Source: Eledone cirrhosa (lineage: Eukaryota). Taken from it: DNA of 64,000 bases. Made by a program: the position numbers and the translations under genes. Shown here in pieces: positions 49,480 through 61,948 of this stretch; the first letter of the stretch is position 1; the number at the start of each line of letters is the position of its first letter. The notes below the pieces were generated by a model, which saw nothing but the letters and a program-made list of their open reading frames with translations, did not search any database and was not told where the DNA came from. The stretch lies in assembly GCA_964016885.1 (NCBI GenBank), contig OZ024742.1, positions 37,448,001 through 37,512,000 of the forward strand, read 5' to 3'.

Positions 49480-52400
49480 CAGCATTACTAATTTAAGGAA
49501 AAGAAGAAGTATTGAAGCAGAGAAGTATTGTTATGAGGATTATAGACATCTTAAAGGTGTTAAGCTAGCAAGCACTTCCTTTTCGATGTGACAGAAATAA
49601 ATTGGCCTACACTCTGGATAATGAGGTTCTGAATCGTGGCATTTTTTTTTTAGCTACAGTACAGTTGATGGCAAAATATGATACCATTATGGCAGCTCAG
49701 GTTTCTGCAGTGCAAAACAAGTCTGGACAAAGAATTCAAACAATTAGAACAAGGAGAGGCTCAAAGTAAAGACCGTGGTGAATTTGTTACATACCTGAGC
49801 AAAACAACTATTAATTCAAATTATGAAGAATATGATACAAGAAGGAATTGTCATTAAGTTTCTCAAGTAATATATTATTCTATTGCGGTTGATTCAACAC
49901 AAGATAATTCATCTGTCAATCAGTTTAGCATTGTTATACGGTATATGCTTAAAGGTGCTATCTGTGAGTGACTACTTTCAATTGTGCCAAGTAATGATGG
50001 TATAGGAGAGGGGCATTTTGATCTATTGACTGTTATTCTTAAAATTGACCCCAAAGAATGTTTACCTGATAGCACAGATGGGCAGTATAATGGTTTATAA
50101 AGTAAAATTGCTGAAGTGGCAGATCAACATGCTCATATATGGTGCTATGCCCATGTCTTGAATTTGGTGATAACTGAAACAAAATGTTGTGTACCTGCAG
50201 TTTCGTTTTTCAATTTGCTCCAGAATTTAGCAACTTTTGTGAAAGCACCATACAAGAGAAAGGCTGTATGGATAGAAGTTGTTGGAAAAAATCTAGGACA
50301 AGGAAAAAATGAAATTATTGATGCTAAATGGTGAGACCAGATGATCAGGAAAATCCAATATAGCAACAACTATATTTGGATGTTTTGATCATGCCACTGC
50401 CAGTACTTTTGACATGCTTATCAATGATACAAGATTCAGACAAGTTTGATGCAAATGTTTTACTTCAAAGTCTTCTAAAGTTTGAAACCATATTGATAGC
50501 ATTTACTTAATTGTAAATATTTGAAACTACAACCCTGTTATCAAGTTACCTATAGACAAGTGGTTTAAATATGTTTACTGTGTAGTGACCTACGTTCCTT
50601 GGGCTCATAGATACATTCTCCATGCGTTATTTGGCTCAGCTCTGCCAATCGCCGCCAGCGAAGGAGAATGTATCTCGACACGCCCTGCAGGAAAAATTCC
50701 CGCGTCAGCTCAGAAATCTCTCTCTCTTGCAGCTTGACCATGCTAAGGTAAAGACCATTTATTCTTTTGCTCCGTAAGCACAAACAATATGTAACGGTGA
50801 GATTTGAACTTTGGCCTGTCGGCCTTCCTTGGGCCTGGCACAATGCCACATTCCTTTTGTAACCGTTTTATGTTTAACTTCAACTATACTATTAAACAAA
50901 CATTACTTTGTGTTACAACAAATAAACATACATCTCATCTCTTATTTCTCTCGTTGTCGATATTACTATCATATCCTTCTGCTAAAATGGTTACTTGTGG
51001 CGCTATTACTATTATCTACTTCTATACTTCACCTGCTAAAAATGGTGACCCCAAATCTTACTGCTAAAATTGGTGACCCCTAACGGAGGAATATTTTACG
51101 TACCAAATATTCCTTTTAAAATAAAATAAAAATTGGCAGTATATATATAAAAAAAAAAAAAATTTCACCATGAGGAAATTAGTATCAAAATGGCTATCAC
51201 CTCTACCAACAACAGCAGCCGCCTACGACATCTTTGAAAGAAAAAAATTAGCTGTATTTTCAAAATTATAGCACGGAAACATTTTTCTTTCGATAAGGCT
51301 TCCTGCAATACCAACAAACAAGCCAACACCAAACTTACGTGGTGACTTACGGCTCTTCAACGATCGACTTCGCTTTGATAGCAACAACAACAACAACAAC
51401 AATTCTACTAGCTTCCCAAAGAAAAGAAAAGCGAACTTTTTGTTAAAAGAACAATTCTTTCTTCTTTTTTTACAGGCAATGTTTGGACATTTATTTCTTT
51501 TAAACTGTATTATATGAAAATTCATTTTTTTTCCTATCATTGTATATATGACTGCACGCACACATTTTCTTTGCTGTATTACATGCCTGCATATGCACAC
51601 TCATTTCTTTGTCACACACCAACATGTTGTTGTCTATGGTATATGATCTTCAAGCGTTGTAATATTATGCGAGATCCCTTTTCACCTGGTGAAGGTACCA
51701 AAACATGCTGTCAACACTTGCAGCTTAATTCATCTGCACCGCAACACGAGAATGCTAATTGCAGCTGGATTCAAACAGTTTCGCATCTCATTGTCCTATA
51801 GCATAACAACCTCCATCTTGTTACTTTACACGACTCACTGGGAAAACAACAAATGGAACTGGACCAGTCAGCATTTCCACCATTTCACCAACCGATTCGG
51901 CAGATTTATGGAATTACCGCTTCAACTACTACCCACCTACAGATTGAACTTGCTTTTTTTCTTTTCAAAGCAACTAGCAATATTTTTTCCTGGCTGCCTA
52001 GCACTTCCGGCAATTCATCTGGGAGGCCGACAATTTCTTGCCTACCCATCTTCTTCCCAGCTCTGCTACAACATTTACCATAACAGCTCTGGTATAACAC
52101 TTACCATAACAACTATACAGCTCTGGTAAAGCATGAACAACACTGACAACATCATTGACAACACCTACTGGTAAACTACCATAACAGCTTCATCCACAGC
52201 TCTGATACAACACTTATCATAACAGCCAACATTTAATGCAAGAACAGCAACTTTGCTCATGTCAGACTTTATCCGTTTTCTGTTAGACCCCTGGTGGTCA
52301 CGTATAAATAGCAAAACAGCTAGTCATTTGACACAGCGGCTCAACACGGCCCTTAGCGCCTCATTTTTCTTCTTGCATGCATTCTTTTGTTCAATTTTTT

Positions 52401-52885
52401 TTCATTCTCTAGCTGATTTTCGAGTAAATGTGTTTAACCTAATAATGGATCACATTGTCCAGTCACTAGAATCACACTTTGTACAACACAAACAGCTGTA
52501 TAAAGATTTATGCTACCTGGACCCAGCAAAGTCTAAACTATTGCAGAGAAGGGTCTTGAAGTTGAAGCATTAGATGGTATTATTAAGTTGTTTCCACAAA
52601 TCAGCAAAGATCAAGTAAAATTGGAATTGTTTTCTTTTGCTTTAAACTTTGATGTATTAAATTTTTGGTCAATGAAAGTGGGAATATGGGTTCCAGCAGC
52701 AACAACTATAAAATATGCAGCACTTGCCCATCACCTGTACTGAAAATTCTGGCATCCAACAAACTTCATTACAAGGCATATGATAACCTATCAGTTACCC
52801 AAATCCAATGTGAGAGGACATTTTCAAAGTTGAAGATCATAAAGACAAGGTTAAGAAATTTGTTGTCTCAGGGCTCAAGATAAAC
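49480..52885 (+). mobile_element. hAT (ZMYM1/P52rIPK-type) transposase pseudogene, split by an LTR insertion
   Basis: ALPFR, YSIAVDSTQD, IWCYAHVLNLV, ETR, CERTFSKLKIIKTRLR (hAT dimerisation domain). Confidence 0.85.
50581..52410 (+). mobile_element. LTR plus duplicated Trp-type PBS and internal remnant, inserted in hAT
   Basis: TGTAGTGACC start; TGGTGACCCC twice (~51043, ~51071); short tandem repeats at 52060-52230. 3' boundary approximate. Confidence 0.65.
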
Positions 52886-52889
52886 AGGA

Positions 52890-54110
52890 AAAAAATTAAG
52901 CTGATAACAATCAACACCACTGCCAACACATCAGTCAGTGGAGAGCCCGTCAGAGAGGTCGAGTCTTTTGTCTAACTGGGAAGTGTGGTTGATGTCACAG
53001 CCAGGATTGGCAAGGCAAGAGCAGCTTTCATCATGCTAAAGAACATTAGGGCATCAAAAGAAATCTGCCCAAGAACCAAACTTAACATCTTCAACTTCAA
53101 CGTGAAGGCGGTACTGCTGTACGGATGTGAAACTTGGAGGACAACAAAAAAGATGCAGCAGAAGACATTCTTCAACATCTGTCTGAAGTGCATCTACAAC
53201 ATCAAATGGCCGGAGAAGATCAGAAACGAAGATCTGTGGGAACGAGCGGCAAAGCAGATTCTGCGAAAGAAGTGGAGCTGAATTGAACATATCCTCAAGA
53301 AACCAGCATCCAGCACCACACGTCAAGCCCGGACCTGGAATGCACAGGGTAAGAGGAAGAGAGGCCAGCCCCGTGGCAGCTGTGTAGCAAAATCTGTCCA
53401 CGCCTTGAACCCTGGCTGACACAGAAAGGTCAAATTCCGGGTCACCTCCTTTTCGGCGTAAACAAGTTCATGCGTGGGCGATCCCTCGAGGCGGGAAACA
53501 GAAAAAGACAGTTATAAATAGCCTGCACCAAACCAAAGAACACAGCGAGATCGGAGCAGTACGTGAGAGAATAGCTATGTAAAACATTCACCTCCGGGGT
53601 CTACAGACTGCTACAGACCTTTACTCTCTCTCTCCTGGTCTCAGACTACACCAGCATCATGAAGCAACAACAAAAACATCTTCAACTGTTATAACTCTTA
53701 ATAACCTATTCTTTGTTCATTTATGAAGTGAAGTGAAGTAAACCTTTTATATCAAAAGTAAACCAGCACATGAACTGCGGTAAGATAAACACCTATCCTT
53801 CTTTCGCTCCGGAAACATCATTCCAATATGTAACTACAAAACATTACCGCGGCCTGGCTTCTCAATTCAGCCACTGGACCGTGTCTTCTCTACAGATCTT
53901 AATTTGTTTGTTCATTTATTTTGGCATGCCAACCAACCAATACAGCTCTTCTCACCTTAAACATTGTTAATAAATTCTGTTACAATGAACTACAAATTGT
54001 TGTCAACATTATTTTATCTTACTTCTAATGATAACTAGTAACAACCTTCGCTTCAGCTGGAGGTGTGACACTGAGGCTGAATTAAGAAAACTGGAAGCCA
54101 ACTGCAGCTA
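52890..54110 (+). mobile_element. RTE LINE 3' fragment interrupted by a solo LTR
   Basis: ARIGKARAAF, VKAVLLYGCETW, WPEKIRNEDLW, GKRKRGQP; resumes after 54059. Confidence 0.85.
53383..54055 (+). mobile_element. complete solo LTR with 4-bp TSD
   Basis: TGTAGC...GCTTCA flanked by GCTG (53379-53382, 54056-54059); TATAAATA and AATAAA inside. Confidence 0.85.
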
Positions 54111-54149
54111 ACCCAGAAGTAAAAGGGTTAAAACATCCATGCAAGCTTC

Positions 54150-54820
54150 TTATAAGGAAAAGTTTTCAACAATCAAACAACTGTAGAAAGTGCGCAAAAC
54201 TAATCCACAATATTTATAGATTAGGAGATCTAATTTTTCAGAAAACCAGGAATGATGGCTACAAATTTATCAAGATATTAGAGCTCTTATGTAACAAAAG
54301 ACTAGTTGAAATGGCAAGGGAGGCTTGATCAGCGATCCCTCCCTTCACTAGATTTGGCGGCCACAGCATTGAAGAAGCCTTATTTTGGAGCCAAGAGAAC
54401 TCAGTCTCACCAGAAGTAGAGAACTTTTTAGTATTAATAGAAGCATTAACCCATCACAAGGATGTTGTTTATGTGTCCAGTTGGGGACATCCATTCATAG
54501 ATTATTTTGAAACATTAAAGAAACAACACGATTTAGTCACAATGGCGTTGCCAATAGGGCAAGGAAAATTTCTCGGTGACACGAACTTAGTCAGTTGAAG
54601 ATGACACAACCTAGCTCATGGCATTTGAAGCAAAGGTTTACATGGATGAAGTGGAGGATAACCTACAATATGGTGGCCAAAGTCCTATGGCTATAAAATT
54701 CATTTCTTTGGTTGGATTACAAGCATTAAAGATTATAGATATTAATACCCCGAGGAAACCTTATATGCCCAGAGACAAAAAGATGGTCCAGATCTTCTTG
54801 TCTCTCTAACAATCAAATAT
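54150..54820 (+). pseudogene. endogenous rhabdovirus L (RdRp) fragment
   Basis: NIYRLGD...[29 protein letters not shown] at 54482-54505; GKFLG; RGNLICPETKRWSRSSCLSNNQI at 54751-54819. Collinear with recalled vesiculovirus/lyssavirus L motifs. Confidence 0.88.
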
Positions 54821-54852
54821 TTTCTCTCACAAATCTACTATTTCACTGTGTT

Positions 54853-55172
54853 GAAATAGAAATTTGTAATTTACTGTTCCTTGTTCACATAATTTAAGGA
54901 AATAAACAAGACACCACCACAGTGTTCTAAAAATATCAACAATGTAGCAGCATATGTCGTAATCAAAGCCATAACTATCAAAAGAACTGTCAGTCATGTA
55001 CTAATGCCACCAACAAATAAAACTAAATATGAAGACAACCAAAGTCATAAAAATCAAAAGGAACTCGACTGTCAGCTTTCGGACAAAGAAGACTTTAAAT
55101 CACAACAAAATGGCATTCAGCAATCATCTATCCACTGCATCGAAATAGAAATTTGTAATTTACTGTTCCTTG
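54853..55172 (+). repeat. 31-bp direct repeats (54853-54883, 55142-55172) flanking a second copy of the sequence upstream of the VP EVE
   Basis: GAAATAGAAATTTGTAATTTACTGTTCCTTG twice; 55034-55126 matches 48613-48705 at 81/93 nt. Confidence 0.85.
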
Positions 55173-55834
55173 CCTCCAAAACTTAAGAGTTCCGTGTTAC
55201 AAATGAGTAGATTGTGGTGGTTTTTATTTCAATCAATATAGTTTATTCTGAACTGAGTTATTCAATAATTTGTGAACAACCTGATAGTTGTATTTTTTAA
55301 ACATAAATTATCTTGCACCATTATGAAAATTTTCATCAAAATGTCTGCTATAAATTAAATAGGTACACCATATCCCTTTCTGTCACAAGAGGGGAGCAGG
55401 AAAGTCATTTGATATGTGTGTACTTGGTTTAGAATAGGTATGCCATATCTCTGCATGTCATAAGAGGTGACTAAAATATATGCCTAAAAAAAATTTACCC
55501 CTGTTGTGTAGCCTCATAAGGCTAACCCCTGCTTTAGCAGGAAAAATAACCTCGCTGTTCTTGTAATTTAACTTATACCAGTGATACAATGACTGACTTT
55601 GTGTCAGTAATATTCTAGAACATTCTTTGAGAATGGCTACTTTATCTTATCACAAACGTATTGTAACAGGAAAGGAATCATATTACTGTGATATCAGTAG
55701 TAAAACATACTTTCTTCTGAAGGTGACTTAACCCCTCTGTGATCATACTCCTAATGAAATACTCTACCTGTGTTTTTGAAATAATAAAAAAATGTGGAAG
55801 GATTCAGTAAAATAAATAACTATGTATATCTGAT

Positions 55835-55950
55835 TTAGAATAGGTACACTGTATCCCTGTGTGTACCCAGTTTAGAATAGGTACACTGCACCTCTGTGTG
55901 TATCCAGTTTAGAATAAGTACGCTGTATCCATGCATGTCTTAAATGACTA
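55835..55950 (+). repeat. ~36-bp tandem repeat, 3 copies, of TTTAGAATAGGTAC motif
   Basis: Dispersed copies also at ~55357 and ~55428. Confidence 0.75.
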
Positions 55951-57582
55951 AAAAGGTTGACAACAGGAAATATATTCAGCTGTAAAACATTGTCTCAAAA
56001 AGGACCCCATGAGTTAATTAAGCCTGTCACAGATTTTGCAAGGCTAAGGCATAAGTTGGAACAAAGACATAAGTTGGTGAAACAAAGACATAAGTTGGTG
56101 TCAATGCATAATCTTAACTCTTGTATTTAAACATAATTCTATCATTGAAAGCTGTCCTTTTGACACATTTCACATGGATTATAAGATTCACTATTACAAC
56201 TAACTTCACTATTCCCTGACTAATACTACTATTTTTAATATAACCTTGCTTTAATGAAGTAAATTGGAAATTGGCAACAAACCACGTGTAGACATAATGA
56301 ATAAAAATAAATCACTACATCGCATGTGAATCACTATAGGGATCATTGTAAGTACATCCCAAATTCTCTAAACAAATACATACACAGATTTATATGTAGA
56401 TACACACCACACATCATCATCATGCATATATATATATACATACACAAAGTGAAAAGAAAACCTATTTCGTGTGTGAGACATTATAGGAACCATCATATGA
56501 ACATTGCACTGCATACATTCTGGATATAGACTTCATTTCTAGCTTACAAACATCTCTTAAATATATATATATGTGTGTGCAGATCTCTTTGTATACACAC
56601 ACATACAATACTTAGGAAAACGGAAACAAATATATTTTATTTATCTCCTTAACAAATGTGTTATACTTACGCATATCTGTTTGTTTACCTCTTGTTCTAT
56701 TGTACTTATGGACAGACAGAACCAAATTGCTATGGCGACATTCATGGGTGAAGTGTGTGACAAAACTGGTCACTGTTCCAAAATAGAACATTGCCTGGAA
56801 AATCATGTCTGTCATCTATGCACAGAACTTGAGAACTCTTTTAGAAATCAATGGGTTGAATGTGGTAAAATGTTATGTTTCTGTCTGCCTTCATGTGCTA
56901 CAAACTTTCCAAAGATCCCAGGTCAAAAAAGGGGACACCATATTTTTATGGACTCTGGGAAGTGGTTCAGCTACCAAATTGATCATTTCAGTACCTGGCC
57001 TGCGTGTCTTCTTCTACCATTGCTGTTGAACAACAAAAACTGACGATCATGTTTTCCCTTACCATTGCTGTTGAAGAACATGAACAACCAAAATCAAATA
57101 TCGATACGTAAGTTGTGGAAATTTGACAACTGATTTCTCATCTAAGCCTAGAAATAGCGGGAATTAAAACAAAGAGTCGTATAGAACCTCACATTGAGGG
57201 ATCTTTACGGAGTGCCTTGCTTAGAAATCTGCCGGTAGTTCTTGCTGAATCTAGATGTATCAAGAAAGCTACTGAATTTGTCACCCATGAAGTAATTGCC
57301 ATTGGTGTATCAGACATAACTGATCTTCAGGCATTTTCTGGCAACTTCTCCATGAACCTAGACTCTGTTCCTCCAAATTGGTAGACCAGGTCCCAAACCC
57401 AGACCAATTAGGCTGTCATTCGCAAGCTCTACTGTGGCACATGTACACCATTTAGCCTCTGATAAAACTGGGTATGAAAATCGAAATACCTTTCAAACTC
57501 ATTCTGGCTTACCACCTGATATATGCCCAAAGCTGTAGCTTCCTTACAGCACAACTAAGCATCACATGAAAGTTTTAACCTA

Positions 57583-58161
57583 CATGACAATGGGCAGACA
57601 GGGAAATTTATTAAGTTTGGTGAGACATGGAAAAGGGATACCAGCTGGTCTGAGCATAATGTACCCACAATAGCTGATAATGAAAAAGCTGTGGGAAACT
57701 TGTAGCGGTTGTCTCCCTTGTTTTGATTGGGATCTAGACGGGAAGTAGAACCCTTTCTGCAACTTCCGGTCAGAGCCCTATAAAACTAACAACTTTAAGC
57801 TTTCTAACTCTCTTTGCCTTTTCGGCACCAGGTCAAGAGCCTCTCTTTTGGCTCTGCCATTAATTTGGCCAACAGGCGCCTGGCCTTAGCCAGGCGTCCT
57901 CTGCCAGCCGCGTTTGCCTGGCAATCAAAACGGTAACTACTAACTTTGTTTCATTCTAACATCATCCTCATCTTTGACATGTCAACTATACTATCTACCA
58001 TTGTTAATTAAATATTATACACACAAACAATGTATTCCTTGTTCATGACAATGGGCAGACAGGGAAATTTATTAAGTTTGGTGAGACATGGAAAAGGGAT
58101 ACCAGCTGGTCTGAGCATAATGTACCCACAATAGCTGATAATGAAAAAGCTGTGGGAAACT
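57583..58161 (+). repeat. 118-bp perfect direct repeat (57583-57700, 58044-58161) flanking an LTR-like insert (57701-58043)
   Basis: The two copies read as identical; the insert starts TGTAGC and has a TATAAAA and GGCC-rich LTR core. Confidence 0.88.
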
Positions 58162-60189
58162 AAACAAGAACAACCTGTCATCTCCAATGTCAACACTTCT
58201 ATCATACTTGAAGTTGTTTACTGATTTCCTTGATTTAGTGCTGGATTTGAACTGGTTCCAAGTAGTCACCTCCCCCAACTTTGAATCTACTCTTTACCAC
58301 TACTCATGAAACAGTCATCACTGTCACAACTGAGGAACCTTTAAGATCATGCTATGATCATTACAAATCTGTTTTTTATGGGCAGTAACAAAAACTACAA
58401 CCATCTCCAAACTGCTCGCTTTTACTGGAATTCTTACTGCACTGAGTTACAACGCCCAAACTGGCTTGAATTTTGCAAGTCTGGAGATGAGAATACTATA
58501 CTTCAGAATATCCTTAATTCAATATGGTCAGCATGTGTAGCATCAGTAACATGTAAGTACAAAAATCACCCCAAAAGTGCAATTTGGGAGACTGCAGCAG
58601 TCTGACTTGCCAGGAAAGAACGTTGTGATGTTGAACAGGAAGATAGACTACATAGATCAGAGGTTAATAGAAAAAAGTGCAACAGATCATCTAACCATCT
58701 CAAGTATGTGGCTAAAAAGTGCTTGAATTTGAATAACATATAGTAACCAACCCTGACAGCAGGTGTTCTAGAAATATGTACGTTCTTTCCAATAGAGTTC
58801 TGTTTGCATTATCTTACACTGTCAAATCGGTCACCATAGACGCTGACCTATGTGGCCTCATAGATCAGTTCACATTCTGAATGGGTTTTGAGTGCCAATA
58901 TTTCTGAGTCACCTACTACTTCTCAAGTCTTGGAGACAAATAGCTGGTTCTTGGCCAAGCCGGTAGAGTTGCAGAGTATTCTGAGAGTCAACATGAGGTC
59001 AGTCCATGGATTTTACTCTCTCTCTCAATCAAGCCAGCAATGTGCTTTACATCAACAGAAGTTTTGGTAAATACCTCAGTAACTCAACCATTCTTACAAC
59101 ATGTGAGTTATGTTAACACATTTACAAACAAGAGAAAAGAAAAGAAAACACGGAAAAATTAATTCAAAAACAAAAAAAAGATCTATTGCCTTGTTTCTTC
59201 AAAATGTTTTGGGTGAAGATTCTCAACAAATATTTGTTAACACGAGTTAGTTTTTGAAGCCCCAAGGTCGAGCAGCGATTCGGTAATCTTGGAAAAGTTA
59301 AACCTATATAAGTGGATATAATTAAGACTAAGGATCAGACCCAATTAAGTTGTTCATGATATAGATCATCTTGCCCGTGTTCAAATATGAAACCACAGAA
59401 ACATCACTATTGTAGCCCTGTTGAATTTACTGTGGATTCACCCATGTGGAATCTTACAGGAACACACATTGCTCACTTGTCTTTTTTCTCCCCTTTTCAA
59501 AAATAGGAGGTGGGGGAGGGGAAATTATCTCACGGCTTCTCTGCTTCCGAAGCTTTTTCCATCTCTATGCATGCTCATTGCTCTTTTTCTTCCACTGTAT
59601 TTGCCTGCTCTTCACAAGATAACACTTATCTCCACAATTCACCCCCCCCCCCCTCATTTTTTCTCTCCCTTCTTTCCCCCCTTTTCCTCTTTCTATTCTT
59701 TCTTCTGCATACGCCTACCTTCGTTCTCGCACATAGCCCATCTATGTCTCCGCTCAACCCTTAGTGGCCCGATGTTCTGATCAAACTATCAATAGTAATT
59801 GCTGATTAATAAAGTTGTCATCGCTTTAACCCAATCCACTTTAGGTGGTGGAGGCATGCGTCAAGCAACCAAGAGACCTGCATGGTGGACATTTGTGACA
59901 ACAGGCTAGTCTTCGGCCTCTCATTCTCCACCAACTTTGACACACACATGAGAAGCTAACTTGTCTCCTCCTATCTCCATCGTTAAATCCGAACAGAACT
60001 AACCCTGCTAACCCCACCAATTCTACAACTGTTAGCCTACCCCAAGCACTACCTATCCTCTGTTCTAGTCCCACTGATAGAGCCAATGCTGTTTACCCTG
60101 CTTCTATTACCATTTCAGTCCCACACCTGAATTCCAATGCTGGCCCTTTACCGTTGGTCGCTACCAGCTCATCACCTGATTGTACTCTC

Positions 60190-60560
60190 TGTGCCCGCAC
60201 TAGCCAGTACCTAAAGACAAACAAATGTCACCTTTGTTGCCAAAGCTACCACAGGAGCTGCGTTGGCATCACCAGGGCTCAAGCCAAAAGACTTCAATAC
60301 TGAACCTGTAACCAGTGTCACTTTAGCTCCGACGTATTCCGTGGAGATGTTCTGCGCTTCAACGACCAACTCTTTACCGAGGACTTTGCTGCAGCCCTCC
60401 AGGGTTTAGCCAAATCAAAGCTCATCAACCCAATCCATAAGGGTGTTTGAAATAGCTTTGCACGTGCCCTTGCCAATCTGTTGGACAATACATCTGATTG
60501 GCAGAAACTGTTTGTTCCCTCTTCACATACACAAAATGCAAAATCTGGCTCCCTCATGTC
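60190..60560 (+). mobile_element. non-LTR retrotransposon N-terminal fragment with PHD finger (CRE-like)
   Basis: CHLC..SYHRSCVGITRAQA..L..*TC..C, followed by IHKGV..SFARAL..LL...DW.KLF. Confidence 0.5.
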
Positions 60561-61948
60561 TTCTCTCAAGCAAGTTCCAGCTGTTTGAGTCGACATTCCA
60601 ACCACTTCTCACCTCAGTTTGAAATCGAGCTTGGTGCCTACCAACAGCCAACCAATAAACCTGTAGTAAGCAATAACACTACCTTATCACGGCGGAATAA
60701 TCAGGTCGTGCTTGGTCAGTCGCCAGGCCCTTAAGTCGGCAGCGTAGGAATACCATTCAGTAACTTCCGCCCAGCAAGGGAATTCGCATCTCTTTTGACT
60801 TCTACCTACCAGTTGTGTTCCAGGATTCATCCTGAGTGGACTCGCGTAACTACGTTCTGGATTTTCTTAGAAGAAGCACATTTTTTCATTCAACTTACTT
60901 ATGCGGCATGACAGCAGCTTTTTACTCTTTACGGAGAAAAATAAACCTTTGTTATATTTCCTCGCTGTGCTTTCTGGTCTGATCCTTCCACATGGACTAA
61001 AAAAACAAAAACACGTAGCCTTATAACCTAATCGTCTTTAAGGATCCTTTCCGGAACCAACAAGCTACTCAACCAAATATCTCATTGCTAATAACCTCAA
61101 GTATGCTGTTAATGCCAAAGTCAGCCAATTTGACATTAAAAGGGCTCTCCGTTTCCTCTCTTCTGTGTCCTCTCTCGTCCCATGTAACTCTGCTTCTCTT
61201 GAGTGACTGGAAGAGAAGCACTCATCAGCACCCGCCATATAATCAGTTACACTTTAACGAAGAGTATTATAGGAAATTGTTAAATGGATTAATACGGTTA
61301 TTAGATGAAATAACAATAATAATAAGAATAAATGATTTGGTTTATATATGGTTTACTTCAAGTGAATCAATTAAAAAGTACAATAAAACAGTTACCAAGA
61401 GTTGAGAAGGTTGACAATGTTTTTGTTGTTGATGTGAAACCAGCGAACGACCAGCTAAATTTGCCCCCTAACCGCTCTGCATCCGGGATGTGGGAAGAAG
61501 CAAAAAAAAGTCACTAACTGTGACGCCCCAGATAAGACACGTGCCTCTAAACCAGTGGCACAGGGTAAGACCGTCAATTCTTTTCCCATCAAATCTGGAC
61601 AACCCAGACGGTTCCAAAACTGAGGGGATGTTTGCCCGGGGCAAAGCTCTCTTTGCTATTGCTACTTAAAAACATGTGCTGCCTCTGCTATTCGTTTTTC
61701 CACTAATTGTTTGTCGGAAATTGATAAAAAGAAATTACGTAATGGAGTTGTGAAACAAAAACTATACTCTTAAAATGCATAGGGTATTTCAAATGTTTTT
61801 CCTTTTCAGTATTACTTTATTTTGTCCACTCCACCTCCTCAGAACCCTCCATTGTGAGGCGCGGTTTAACTAAAAGACGAATAATTTCCAACGGTTTTAA
61901 AAGTCAGATTCATTGAAAACACGCAAAAACCTAGGGGAAAAAAAATCT

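Noticed and set aside
54853-55172. CRISPR-like repeat-spacer unit
   Set aside because: Only two repeats with a ~260-bp insert, eukaryotic context and no cas genes; reported as a target duplication instead.
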